Assembly (NCBI GenBank): GCA_944393215.1
Contig: CALXZL010000001.1
Location: 11,718-75,717 of the forward strand
DNA length: 64,000 nt
Direction: 5' to 3'
Origin: an uncultured Alphaproteobacteria bacterium
Lineage (GTDB): Bacteria; Pseudomonadota; Alphaproteobacteria; RF32; CAG-239
The position numbers and the translations under genes are program-made. The notes beneath the pieces are model-generated. The model ran no database searches, was not told where the DNA came from, and worked only from the letters and a program-made list of their open reading frames with translations. Below, piece by piece: positions 10,157 through 19,415 of this stretch (position 1 is the first letter of the stretch; each line of letters opens with the position of its first letter).

Positions 10157-10162
10157 ATCAAA
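10116..10162. repeat. attL-type 47-bp direct repeat (tRNA-Trp 5' half plus 7 nt)
   Basis: GGTTTTGGAGACCGACGCTCTACCAACTGAGCTATACCCCTATCAAA, identical to 19267..19313. Confidence 0.85.
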
Positions 10163-10521
10163 ACTTTCTTACCTATAACGTATTCTAAAATATAAATCAA
10201 GTATTTTTTTCTATCCCTTGCAAACAATGGTGTTTTGGCTCTTTGCAAACAAAATATATCTACTTAATTCCAAAGAAAAAACTTTACATTTTCAGATATT
10301 AAAATTTTTAATTTTACCTATCTATAATTTTTTCCCTTTTTTATCCCTAAACCTCCTAAAAATACAAAATTCATATATTTTTTTTGTTTTTTAAAGAACC
10401 TCATTTGCATCATTAGCCTCATTAGCTTTCGGGCTTTTTCCGCCCCACACCCAATTTTCGCGCCCTTTCCCCAAAATGTCCACACTTATTAGGCTAACTA
10501 TTTGAAATTGTGGATAGTTTT

Positions 10522-11154
10522 TCAATGGAGATTATTATCACTCTGTTTCTTTTTTAATTCAAAATTAAATATTTTAATCTCTTCATAGTATGGCAATACA
10601 TATAATAAAATCATTATTAAAATTAAATAGAGGTGAATGTTATTTAAATTTAAGATCTCCAAAACATCTAATACAAATATAATTGATAAAACTTCTAATA
10701 AGATATTAATTTTCTTCTTAAATTCATCTACTGTTTCTACCTTTTTTGTTTTTATTATTTCTGTCTTTGCTGAACGACTACGAACAATTTGATCTTGGTA
10801 GTTTAAATCAAAATTATCTTTTTTTGTACTTTCAGTTTCCGGATTTATTATTTTAAAAAAAGGTGAATTATCATTAGGAAAAACTAAATACCCAATAACA
10901 TCAGCATTTAACTTGCGAGCCTCTTGTAAAAATTTGCTTAATTGTTGCCTTCCCATGTCGACATTTCTTTTATTATTATTAGACTTTAATTCAAATAACT
11001 GCATTGGGGAATTTGTTTCTATATCAATTACCACAAGATCTGCTCTATATTTTCCCAATTTATATTCTGCAATCATACTATTCTCAGGATATCCATGCCT
11101 AATTAAATATTGCTTCAAATTTTCAATCAAATTTTTTTCAACAAGAAGGCTCAT
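10522..11154 (-). CDS. restriction-endonuclease-fold (HsdR N-terminal-like PD-(D/E)xK) protein with C-terminal transmembrane helix
   Basis: N-terminal …GYPENSMIAEYKLGKYRADLVVIDIETNSPMQLFELK (D…E.K motif; resembles the type I HsdR N-terminal domain); C-terminal strongly hydrophobic segment IIFVLDVLEILNLNNIHLYLILIMILLYVL. Confidence 0.5.
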   Translation of the reverse strand: MSLLVEKNLIENLKQYLIRHGYPENSMIAEYKLGKYRADLVVIDIETNSPMQLFELKSNNNKRNVDMGRQQLSKFLQEARKLNADVIGYLVFPNDNSPFFKIINPETESTKKDNFDLNYQDQIVRSRSAKTEIIKTKKVETVDEFKKKINILLEVLSIIFVLDVLEILNLNNIHLYLILIMILLYVLPYYEEIKIFNFELKKKQSDNNLH

Positions 11155-11169
11155 TTTTATTTCCTTTAT

Positions 11170-13182
11170 CTAATTCAATCCAAGAATCCTGAAAAATACT
11201 TCATTTTTCTTTCTTGCGTCATTAAACATCTTTTCATACGTAATAATTTCTAATGAAACTATACATCCTTCTAAAGGATGGTATTTAAAAAAGCCATCAC
11301 CATCTGGAGACTTTTGATAACCAGCAACATCTATTAAATCTGCCTCTATCTTAGGGGTTATATCTGTTACAATATATCCATATAAACGCGTAGAACCATT
11401 AATTTTTATTGGTCGTCCTCTAGAATCAATAGCATTTCCTGAAATTATTTCTTTCATATTTCTAATAATCTCTCGATGAGGATTATAATCCTCCGAAAAA
11501 TTATTCAATCCAGGCTTTTTAAACTCCACTACAGTTATAGAATTTTTGTACTGAAAATCATCCGTATATTTTAATGGTTTATTAAAAATTGTAATATCTG
11601 GTCTTCTTGAAGATGAAGCTTGTAATTCTTTATAATTTTTTATAAGTTCGTCAGAATACAAGGCTTCATGAAAGACTAACTTTTCATCCAACAACCAAAG
11701 ATTATTAGCCTCAAATTCAACAGAATTTGAATTAATTTTCATCGGAATAATAAGCTCATGCAGATAAGCTTCATCTAAAAATTTATTTTCTTCCTTATTA
11801 AATGATATTAGCTGTTCAAACACATCCAATAAAGCTTTTCTATGACAAATATAATTTGACAATTCACAAGTATTAATTCCACTCGATTTTGCTATATATT
11901 TTTTCATAGCATCATCATAAGTTTGTTTAGTCTTTTCATTTAATTTAGTAGATTTTTTTAGCTTATTTCTTAATGCCAACAATTCTTTTTCTTCTTGAAA
12001 CTTTAGATTATGAAGAAATAGCTCCATAGTCTGCATATTAGGATTATTAGGAAGTTTATCAAAAGGAAATTTTTTAGATTTTATACGCTCTATAAAAATT
12101 CTATATCCAGGCTTGTAATTATTTACATATTCAATTAATTTTTCTTTTTTCTTATCTGTAGACTTCTCTAAATAATCAGATAATTCGTTTTTGACTACAT
12201 CTAGACATTTTGCACGTATTTGTGAAAAAGATGGATTCGCTGAATCAAAAAAATCACCATTTTCATCATAATCTTCGGGAATGCTAAATTCCATTTGATT
12301 CGGTTGAATATTTTCATCAAGGTACAAACTGCTTACTATTAAATTATAGTAATAACTATCCTTATCGTCTTTAATTTTTCCATTTAATGTCTCAATATTT
12401 TTTCCAATATTTTCACTAATTATTACTCTGCGATTAGAAGTGTATGCAATTATATTTCTTGTTTCAGTTTCATATAATCTAATACTAATAGTATTAAAGC
12501 TAAAATCTCCTATTGTAAAATTCGATACTTTTTTATCTGATGTGTAGTATTTTTGATACAAATCATTAAGATTTAAACTTTCTTTATTATCTGAAATAGT
12601 AATTGTTGGACAATTGCTTCCCATAAAAAACAACAAACAATGCTCTATAATTAAATGAGCAATTTTAGATAACTCTTGAGGAAAAACTGCTTTATAGGGA
12701 TCTTGGATATTGTGTAAAGATATTACTGTTTTATTTTCACCAAAATTTACATCCTGCACAACTTCATCTAATTCATCCTTTGTTCGTAAAAAATCAAAAG
12801 ATATTTCTTTCTTGCCATTGTTATATATACTATCAACAGACACATGATTAAATACTTTCAACCATGAAAATCTTCCTAACCCTTTGCATCCCTTCGATAT
12901 TTTATGCGTACTATCAAATTTTTTAAAAGAACCAAAATTTTCTTCATTAAACCCTATACCGTTATCAATAATTTTAATGTTTTGAATTTTGGAGACAAAA
13001 TCGTTATTAAGAACTTCTTCTCGCTCGATAATAATATGAATGTATGGAGATTTATTATTCTTCATATCTTCAAGAGATTGAAGGGAATTAACAACAGCCT
13101 CAAACAAAGCATATATCCCTTTTGTTTTGGGCAAATATGTATTTCTTAACTTACCAGCTATATCACCATTAAAAGCAGACAT
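11170..13182 (-). CDS. GHKL-superfamily ATPase (HATPase_c-like) with possible C-terminal PD-(D/E)xK-like region
   Basis: N-terminal Bergerat-fold motifs (ALFEAVVNSLQ…, IKIIDNGIGFNEENF, GCKGLGRFSWLKVF); C-terminal RRPDITIFNK…ITVVEFKKPG resembles a D…E.K nuclease motif; 16 nt upstream of 10522..11154 on the same strand. Confidence 0.55.
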   Translation of the reverse strand: MSAFNGDIAGKLRNTYLPKTKGIYALFEAVVNSLQSLEDMKNNKSPYIHIIIEREEVLNNDFVSKIQNIKIIDNGIGFNEENFGSFKKFDSTHKISKGCKGLGRFSWLKVFNHVSVDSIYNNGKKEISFDFLRTKDELDEVVQDVNFGENKTVISLHNIQDPYKAVFPQELSKIAHLIIEHCLLFFMGSNCPTITISDNKESLNLNDLYQKYYTSDKKVSNFTIGDFSFNTISIRLYETETRNIIAYTSNRRVIISENIGKNIETLNGKIKDDKDSYYYNLIVSSLYLDENIQPNQMEFSIPEDYDENGDFFDSANPSFSQIRAKCLDVVKNELSDYLEKSTDKKKEKLIEYVNNYKPGYRIFIERIKSKKFPFDKLPNNPNMQTMELFLHNLKFQEEKELLALRNKLKKSTKLNEKTKQTYDDAMKKYIAKSSGINTCELSNYICHRKALLDVFEQLISFNKEENKFLDEAYLHELIIPMKINSNSVEFEANNLWLLDEKLVFHEALYSDELIKNYKELQASSSRRPDITIFNKPLKYTDDFQYKNSITVVEFKKPGLNNFSEDYNPHREIIRNMKEIISGNAIDSRGRPIKINGSTRLYGYIVTDITPKIEADLIDVAGYQKSPDGDGFFKYHPLEGCIVSLEIITYEKMFNDARKKNEVFFRILGLN

Positions 13183-13296
13183 ATCTTCATCCTATAATAT
13201 TAAGCTACTTTTAGTTTTATCTTAAATTTTAGTCTTTGCAAATACAAAATATCTTTTCTAAGACATTTAGTTTTAACATCAAAAAATCAACTTTCT

Positions 13297-13644
13297 CTAA
13301 ACCAACTCTAAAAGAGCTTCAATTTGTTTTTGGATAACTTGTAGGGTTTTATTGTCCTGTTTTTTAAGAATTTGAAGAATCTCTAAAATATTGTTGGCTA
13401 CTTCGTCTTCTGTTGGATTCTCTTGAGATTCTGAAAAAAGTTCTTCAATAGAAGTATTAAGTGCATTTGAAATTGATACCAGAGTCGAAATTTTAGGATC
13501 ACTTAAACCACGTTCAATATTAGAAATCGTGTTTATCATTTTACCAGAAGCCTCCGCAAAATCTTCTTGGCTCATTCCTTGTTGTTTTCTTAAATAGGCT
13601 ATTCGTCTGCCTAAATTTTTTAGCATTTGAGTTGTTTCATCCAT
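13297..13644 (-). CDS. XRE-family HTH transcriptional regulator
   Basis: LRKQQGMSQEDFAEASGKMINTISNIERG helix-turn-helix. Confidence 0.75.
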   Translation of the reverse strand: MDETTQMLKNLGRRIAYLRKQQGMSQEDFAEASGKMINTISNIERGLSDPKISTLVSISNALNTSIEELFSESQENPTEDEVANNILEILQILKKQDNKTLQVIQKQIEALLELV

Positions 13645-13790
13645 TTTACACCTCTAATTATTATTTATTTTCACATTAGAGTGTGTAAAACGCCATGATA
13701 GTTAACTGTGTTTTTTGTACCTAAATTTAATTGACTCGCTACACAATACACATTAAAATGTGTGTAAATTTATTTTACTAACATTGAGGT

Positions 13791-14738
13791 GTGGCTATGG
13801 AACAACCTAACATATTTGATTTTGCAACTAGCGAATTATCACAAGATGCTTTTATTTGTTACTTATTAGAATTTGGAAAAGAGAAGTATAAAGACATTTT
13901 TCCAAATGAATATGCAATTGCTCATTTATTTTTCGAAAAAAGTGGACTTACTCAAACAGAAGAACTTTCAGAAATAAAACAACAATACCATGGTATAGAC
14001 GTTTTAGTCATTACATCCAATTCTCTATTAATTATTGAAGATAAAACAAATACTTCAGAACATTCAGATCAGATTATTAGGTATGTAAAAACATTAAAAA
14101 AAGATAATTTATCAAAAGGCAGAAAGATTAAAGTCTGTTATTTAAAAACAAGTAATTATGTACGTGGATATACATCTTCAGATATTACACTACTACCTCA
14201 AGAAGATTGTATTTCTATCAACAGACAAAAGTTTATGGAAATATTGAATTACAAAAAAACAAACAATTTAATATTCCAAAGTTTTTATCTTCGACTTAAG
14301 TCAATGAATGAACTTGCAAAATCTTGTGATACAAAAGACATTTTCAGTTGGAATAAAGAAAAATGGTTTGAATATCTCTTAAATCAATTTGCAGAATATC
14401 CAAAATACTATGACATTGCTTGGGTAAACAATCCCAAAGGTGGATTTTATGGTTGTTGGTTTGATTTTCTTAGTATTGGAAAAGTTGATATATATAAACA
14501 AATAGAAATTTATTTTTCAGAGAATAAAACATCAAACATAAAACTATGCAGAAAACTATTAAGCTCCAGTAGAGATGAGACCATAAAAAACAAAGAATTA
14601 ATAACAAAGTTACAAAACCAATTGCTAGACAAAGGATACACTCCTTCTAATAGAACCGGAAAGACAACAACATATGCTTATAAAAGAGCATCTTGTTTAG
14701 ATGATGTTTTACAGTTTATACAAGAAAATTTGGAATAA
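13791..14738 (+). CDS. PD-(D/E)xK nuclease family protein (PDDEXK_4-like)
   Basis: N-terminal NIFDF…SELSQDAFICYLL and HGIDVLVITSNSLLIIEDKTN…QIIRY match the pattern of the PF14281-type restriction-endonuclease-like family; transcribed divergently from the XRE gene. Confidence 0.5.
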   Translation: MAMEQPNIFDFATSELSQDAFICYLLEFGKEKYKDIFPNEYAIAHLFFEKSGLTQTEELSEIKQQYHGIDVLVITSNSLLIIEDKTNTSEHSDQIIRYVKTLKKDNLSKGRKIKVCYLKTSNYVRGYTSSDITLLPQEDCISINRQKFMEILNYKKTNNLIFQSFYLRLKSMNELAKSCDTKDIFSWNKEKWFEYLLNQFAEYPKYYDIAWVNNPKGGFYGCWFDFLSIGKVDIYKQIEIYFSENKTSNIKLCRKLLSSSRDETIKNKELITKLQNQLLDKGYTPSNRTGKTTTYAYKRASCLDDVLQFIQENLE

Positions 14739-14758
14739 CAATCAAGAAAGGACGGAAT

Positions 14759-15013
14759 ATGATATATAATTTATCTGATGCCTCTGGCAATATTCAAACT
14801 TACCCCCACATTATCCAAGGTACAGTAACTATTATCAGAGAACCCATTAAAGGAACTATGCTTTTTCCAACAGGTTCTTCGGGAATGGAATTATTAAAAT
14901 GTGATGAGAAATTTATTTATATGAGAGATCCTTATAATTCATCTAATGTAAATGTGTTTGACGAAGATGGATATAAGGTTAGAGATATTTCAATTAATGA
15001 ATTAAACTTTTAA
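14759..15013 (+). CDS. small hypothetical protein
   Basis: 84-aa ORF 20 nt downstream of 13791..14738. Confidence 0.35.
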   Translation: MIYNLSDASGNIQTYPHIIQGTVTIIREPIKGTMLFPTGSSGMELLKCDEKFIYMRDPYNSSNVNVFDEDGYKVRDISINELNF

Positions 15014-15059
15014 TATTGTATAAAGTAGGGCTAACAACAGTAGCCCTACTTTTTCTTTT

Positions 15060-17399
15060 CTACAAATTCTCTAAATTATAAACTTCAGGATTTACATAAT
15101 AAGTTTTACGCCTTCTACCCGCGGTTTTCCCTGCTCTTGAAGATCCGCAACTTAACCAACCTAAATCCATAAGTTTATTTGCAGCAATTTGAACTTGTTC
15201 TTTCCTTCGCAAGTTTGCAATATTTCCATTATTATATATATCTCGTAGGGTAAAGCTACATAGCTTATTTTCAATAATGTATCTTGCCAAAGAACGAGCC
15301 TCAATATTTTGAGATGGACTGTAATACATATTATATACCCGTTCACACATTGGCGTTATGTATGTATCATATAATTCAATTGCTGTTTTAATCGCCTCAA
15401 GACTTATCTCTGTTGGTTCGCTATATTCTGAACTTGCCCACCATAACATCTCAAACAGTAAAGCAAAACGCAATACATAACCTTGACCTTTACCAAGGAA
15501 ATATTTCAAAATACTTTCCTCACTCTGTGATTTATTTAAATGTGCTAGATACCAAGTATTAAAAAGCTGTTGAGCCTCAATACTTAACAACAAGCATTTC
15601 TTCTGTTTCTCAGCATTATCTACATATGGATTTAATAGAGAATCAAGTTTTTCGAATGCTGGCAATACTTTTTCCGGTAAAGCAATATCTTGAGGAATAG
15701 AAGCCGGTTTAGGCTCCGGATAGACCCATAGAAAGCGCGCAAGGAAGCCGTCCCCGCGGTCAGAAAGAACCGTGTCAATGAGCCTTTGAGGCTGTATAGT
15801 CCCGAAAACAGAAACAAGCAAATTTTGAATTTCTTGCCGTTCATCATCAAATTTAACACGATTACAAACAAATTTATTGCCATTAAACGCTTCAAGCCAA
15901 AACCCCTTTTCTGAACTACCACTATTATAGCGATTCATTCCACTAATCCAAGCGGATAATTCATCTCGAAAGAGTATTGCCCCTTTAATATTTCTTTCCA
16001 TATCTGAGGTTAATGCCTCTTGAGTGGTATCTCCATAAACAAAACGATATGTTTGAGGTTTTGGAGGCACAACAGCGGAAGCTGGAAATTTAGGTGCTAA
16101 ATCAGGAGCTTCTTTTACTTTATCCTCCCACTCTTTTCTTCTTTGTTTTGCAACTTCCTTTTCAGTCTTCCACTTTGCTAATTTATCAGAATAATCTTCC
16201 TTTCGAGCTTCCTCAATTTTGTTAAGAATTTTCCGAATTGGTGTTGTTGCTGGTGTTTTACCTGAACTTGGCTCTCCAATTACACCAATCCACAAACAAC
16301 ATTTTTCTTCCCAAGTTCCCCAAGGCGAGATACTTCGAGACAAACCAATAACACCTGCGGCACCAGCAAGCAAAGAAAATGCAACATAATCAATCGGAGC
16401 ATTCGTATTTTCTGCCGTTTGAACAACCCAATCTTCTAAATTTTTAAATATTTTTGTATTTAATATTGGAGCAGGTAAAAGGATTTTTGTTTTCAAAATA
16501 TCCATATCCGGCTCAATATCATCCCAATCGTTACAATGTTCTTCAACAAATTTTAAGGCGTTATCATAAGTTTTTAACGATTCTTCTTTTGATAAACCTG
16601 AACGAATAGCCGCACCAATAACACGCTCTTTTATATCTGTCATATTTGCTTTTTCATGTTTAGCACGCTTTATAAGGCTGATAGAACGCCTATAAAGCGT
16701 ATCGTTGCGTTGTCCTTGCGGTGCGTTTGAAATATCTTCCAGAAAGCCTGAAATAGGCAAAGTCTGTTTTTCCTCATTCGTAAGCAAAGAAAGCAACCAA
16801 CTTGGAGCCTGTGGGAAATCCTGATTTATATCAAAATTTTCCCAAGTATATTGATGTCCATTTTCATGAATGGAAGGAGGTGCAACGACATAACCACCAT
16901 TAGCTCTTATATCAATATGATCGGCAATTTTGCTAACACTCGACTTAATGTCTATATTTTCCGGCATTTTGAAATATAAATGTTTTCCCTTTCCTGTTAT
17001 AACAGTTGGTACATCTAATTTTCCATAAAGACGTTCTAAACACTCTAAAGATTGAAGACCTTGTTCGCCATCAACATCCAAAACAAAGATATTATTAAGC
17101 TGTCCGGTTGGAATACCGATATTACAATCAAAGAATTTTTTATTCCATTCTTGTAAAATGGCTGTATCAACAGTTGCCGACTTAAAGCCTCCTACGCAAA
17201 GAGGTGATTTTCCTTGCTTTTTTACAGGAAATACTTTAATATTTCTGCTTGTATAAAACATAGCAACATCATAGAAATTGCGAGTTTCCAAGATTTTGTT
17301 TATGTTTTGAGAAGATATTGCAGTATCTTCTCGTTTTGGGAGTGAAGAGGCTTGCGCCTCTCTCTCCTGTTTTTCAATCAAAATGTTTTTTAGTTTCAT
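15060..17399 (-). CDS. bifunctional primase-polymerase (Prim-Pol) / P-loop helicase-like replication protein
   Basis: N-terminal Prim-Pol motifs (VLDVDGEQG…, GKGKHLYF, IDIRANGGYVVAPPSIH); central P-loop GEPSSGKT (DUF3987/D5-like NTPase), 779 aa. Confidence 0.7.
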   Translation of the reverse strand: MKLKNILIEKQEREAQASSLPKREDTAISSQNINKILETRNFYDVAMFYTSRNIKVFPVKKQGKSPLCVGGFKSATVDTAILQEWNKKFFDCNIGIPTGQLNNIFVLDVDGEQGLQSLECLERLYGKLDVPTVITGKGKHLYFKMPENIDIKSSVSKIADHIDIRANGGYVVAPPSIHENGHQYTWENFDINQDFPQAPSWLLSLLTNEEKQTLPISGFLEDISNAPQGQRNDTLYRRSISLIKRAKHEKANMTDIKERVIGAAIRSGLSKEESLKTYDNALKFVEEHCNDWDDIEPDMDILKTKILLPAPILNTKIFKNLEDWVVQTAENTNAPIDYVAFSLLAGAAGVIGLSRSISPWGTWEEKCCLWIGVIGEPSSGKTPATTPIRKILNKIEEARKEDYSDKLAKWKTEKEVAKQRRKEWEDKVKEAPDLAPKFPASAVVPPKPQTYRFVYGDTTQEALTSDMERNIKGAILFRDELSAWISGMNRYNSGSSEKGFWLEAFNGNKFVCNRVKFDDERQEIQNLLVSVFGTIQPQRLIDTVLSDRGDGFLARFLWVYPEPKPASIPQDIALPEKVLPAFEKLDSLLNPYVDNAEKQKKCLLLSIEAQQLFNTWYLAHLNKSQSEESILKYFLGKGQGYVLRFALLFEMLWWASSEYSEPTEISLEAIKTAIELYDTYITPMCERVYNMYYSPSQNIEARSLARYIIENKLCSFTLRDIYNNGNIANLRRKEQVQIAANKLMDLGWLSCGSSRAGKTAGRRRKTYYVNPEVYNLENL

Positions 17400-17818
17400 T
17401 TTGTTTCTCCATTATTTTGTTTATAACTAAATCCTTTGGGATAAATTGAATTAGCTTGCTCTTTTTTCAGCTCCTCTAATTCATTTTGAGCTTTCTCAAT
17501 TTCTAGCCTTGGCTTATCGCAACAAACATACCGTAAAAATGCAATAGCCTCCTTCGTTTCATATAAGACTTGATTGTTAATAGGATTGTGAAAAGAATTT
17601 TTTATTCCCTCATTTCTTGAATCAAGATTTTTCAAAGTATGTGCATTGAGAGGTGTAATCTCACAAAGCTTTACTCGACTAATTAATGGAGCATAGGCTA
17701 TAATTTTCTGCTCATATTGCTTTAAAAATTTTTCCGGTAATGGTTGAGGTAATCTCTCAATTTTCGCAACCAATTTTGCTATTTTTTGCGCTGTCGTTTT
17801 TTGTCTAAAACTCGTCAT
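17396..17818 (-). CDS. hypothetical protein, possible AlpA/Xis-like DNA-binding protein
   Basis: 140 aa, lies between integrase and primase as in P4-type elements; weak HTH-like segment RVKLCEITPLNAHTLKNL. Confidence 0.35.
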   Translation of the reverse strand: MTSFRQKTTAQKIAKLVAKIERLPQPLPEKFLKQYEQKIIAYAPLISRVKLCEITPLNAHTLKNLDSRNEGIKNSFHNPINNQVLYETKEAIAFLRYVCCDKPRLEIEKAQNELEELKKEQANSIYPKGFSYKQNNGETK

Positions 17819-17960
17819 ACTTTTTCTCCTTTATGGCTTGTTAAAGACAATAAAGTCGATTCCGATTTCCAACTTTAACAACGCATTGTTTTTGCTTAAA
17901 AAAATCATCAAAGCAATAAACGCATAAAAATAGACAAAATAATATTTTATACAATAATAT

Positions 17961-19091
17961 TTAGCTGTTTAACTTAGAAACTGCTTCGCGTAATGTTTCA
18001 TTTGCCAAATGCGAGTAACGTTGTGTCATGGCAATATCAGAATGCCCTAACAATTCTTTCACTTCATAAAGGGAAACTCGTTTTTGAACTAAACGACTGG
18101 CAAAAGTATGCCGCAAAGAATGAAAAACTACCTTTTGTCGACGGTCGATAATACCATCATTTAAACCTAAAGTTTTAACTACTCTCTCAAAAGTTCTTGA
18201 AACATGCTCAATCTTTCCACCGTTTTTACTTTGGAATACAAATTCATTTCCCTCGCCCGGCTTTAATTTTGATATTTCCTCAAACACACGATTTGTCATA
18301 TAGGCAAAACGATTTTTGCCATTTTTGGTATCACGCAAAAATAACATTTTTTCTTCAAGGCTAACATCTGCCCAAGTTAACTTAAAAATCTCTCCAGCTC
18401 TTAATCCGCAATCTGCAGAAATTAATGCCATTAAATAAACGGAGTAGCTATGTTCCTTGAGTTTTTCAAAAAGATTATTTAACTCTTCTTCGGAAAGAAA
18501 TCTCATACGACGATTATCTTCTCTTTTTAACTCGTCGAATTTTGCTGCCGGATTATCGCCTGCAAAAAGCTCATTTCTTATAGCAAAATTAAAAACTTGC
18601 CGAATTAAAGCTATAGCATAAAATTTTGAACGATTAGATAAATGCTTTTTTTCCATAGGCTGTAGTAACCTTATGAGGCTAACGCGGCTAATGAGGTTTA
18701 ATCTAACACCACCTAAAAACGGCTTAATCCACTTTTTATATAAATGGACTTCCCTATCATAAGTTGATTTTTTATCTTTATTTTGAATATGAGGCTGATA
18801 ATATTCTTCAAATAATTCTGAAAATGTTATATTTGCTGCCTCATTAGCTATTTTTTCTTGTTCGCGTTGTTCGTTCTTTTCTCTCAAAGAAAAAGCCCTA
18901 CCAGCCTTTATATCTCTCTTAAGTTCGCCTAAAATTTCATATGCTTGAGCCGCTGTAAATCCTTCTGATTTATAGCCTATACTTTCTTCATATTGTTTAC
19001 CATTGCGAGTGTAGCGAACAGAAAAATAAACATCTTTTCTGCCATTGCGAATACATTCTTTAGAACGTACACCAGGAAAACTCTTTACCAT
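17961..19091 (-). CDS. int: tyrosine-type site-specific integrase
   Basis: C-terminal catalytic HSLRHTFASRL…LLGHSDIAMTQRYSHL (R-H-R-Y motifs), 376 aa, next to the attR repeat. Confidence 0.9.
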   Translation of the reverse strand: MVKSFPGVRSKECIRNGRKDVYFSVRYTRNGKQYEESIGYKSEGFTAAQAYEILGELKRDIKAGRAFSLREKNEQREQEKIANEAANITFSELFEEYYQPHIQNKDKKSTYDREVHLYKKWIKPFLGGVRLNLISRVSLIRLLQPMEKKHLSNRSKFYAIALIRQVFNFAIRNELFAGDNPAAKFDELKREDNRRMRFLSEEELNNLFEKLKEHSYSVYLMALISADCGLRAGEIFKLTWADVSLEEKMLFLRDTKNGKNRFAYMTNRVFEEISKLKPGEGNEFVFQSKNGGKIEHVSRTFERVVKTLGLNDGIIDRRQKVVFHSLRHTFASRLVQKRVSLYEVKELLGHSDIAMTQRYSHLANETLREAVSKLNS

Positions 19092-19266
19092 TTTACAAAA
19101 TTCCTTCTTATCGGTTTCTTTACCCTAATTATTACCTAAAGAGACGGAAAAAACGAGTACACCTAAGTACGCTAAGGTACGCCAAGCAAAAAAAACTTTT
19201 ACGCTTGAATGTATTGAAAACTAACTAAAATGTAGGGAAATTAAATACTTTGAAAAATTAATCTGG

Positions 19267-19313
19267 GGTTTTGGAGACCGACGCTCTACCAACTGAGCTA
19301 TACCCCTATCAAA
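19267..19313. repeat. attR-type 47-bp direct repeat (displaced tRNA-Trp 5' half)
   Basis: Identical to 10116..10162; lacks the tRNA 3' half. Confidence 0.85.
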
Positions 19314-19415
19314 TCTTGCGTAATATTAGATACACAACTATTCACTATAAATCAAGTCTTTTTTTATTATTCAGCAAAAAAGTTCATAAAAAAAGCGGAC
19401 TTTAATCCGCCTTTA

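Larger units (their letters stand above)
10163..19266. mobile_element. ~9.1 kb P4-like integrative island inserted in tRNA-Trp
   Basis: Perfect 47-bp direct repeats covering the tRNA 5' half at both ends; tyrosine integrase next to the distal repeat; int, small HTH-like gene and Prim-Pol/helicase in the order seen in P4-type satellites; cargo genes at the tRNA-proximal end. Confidence 0.8.

Noticed and set aside
10163-10521. 360-bp noncoding stretch at the tRNA-proximal end of the island, with a GC-richer patch (…CCGCCCCACACCCAATTTTCGCGCCC…)
   Set aside because: Most simply explained as attP arm-type integrase-binding region. No convincing RNA structure or ORF, so it is not reported as a feature.
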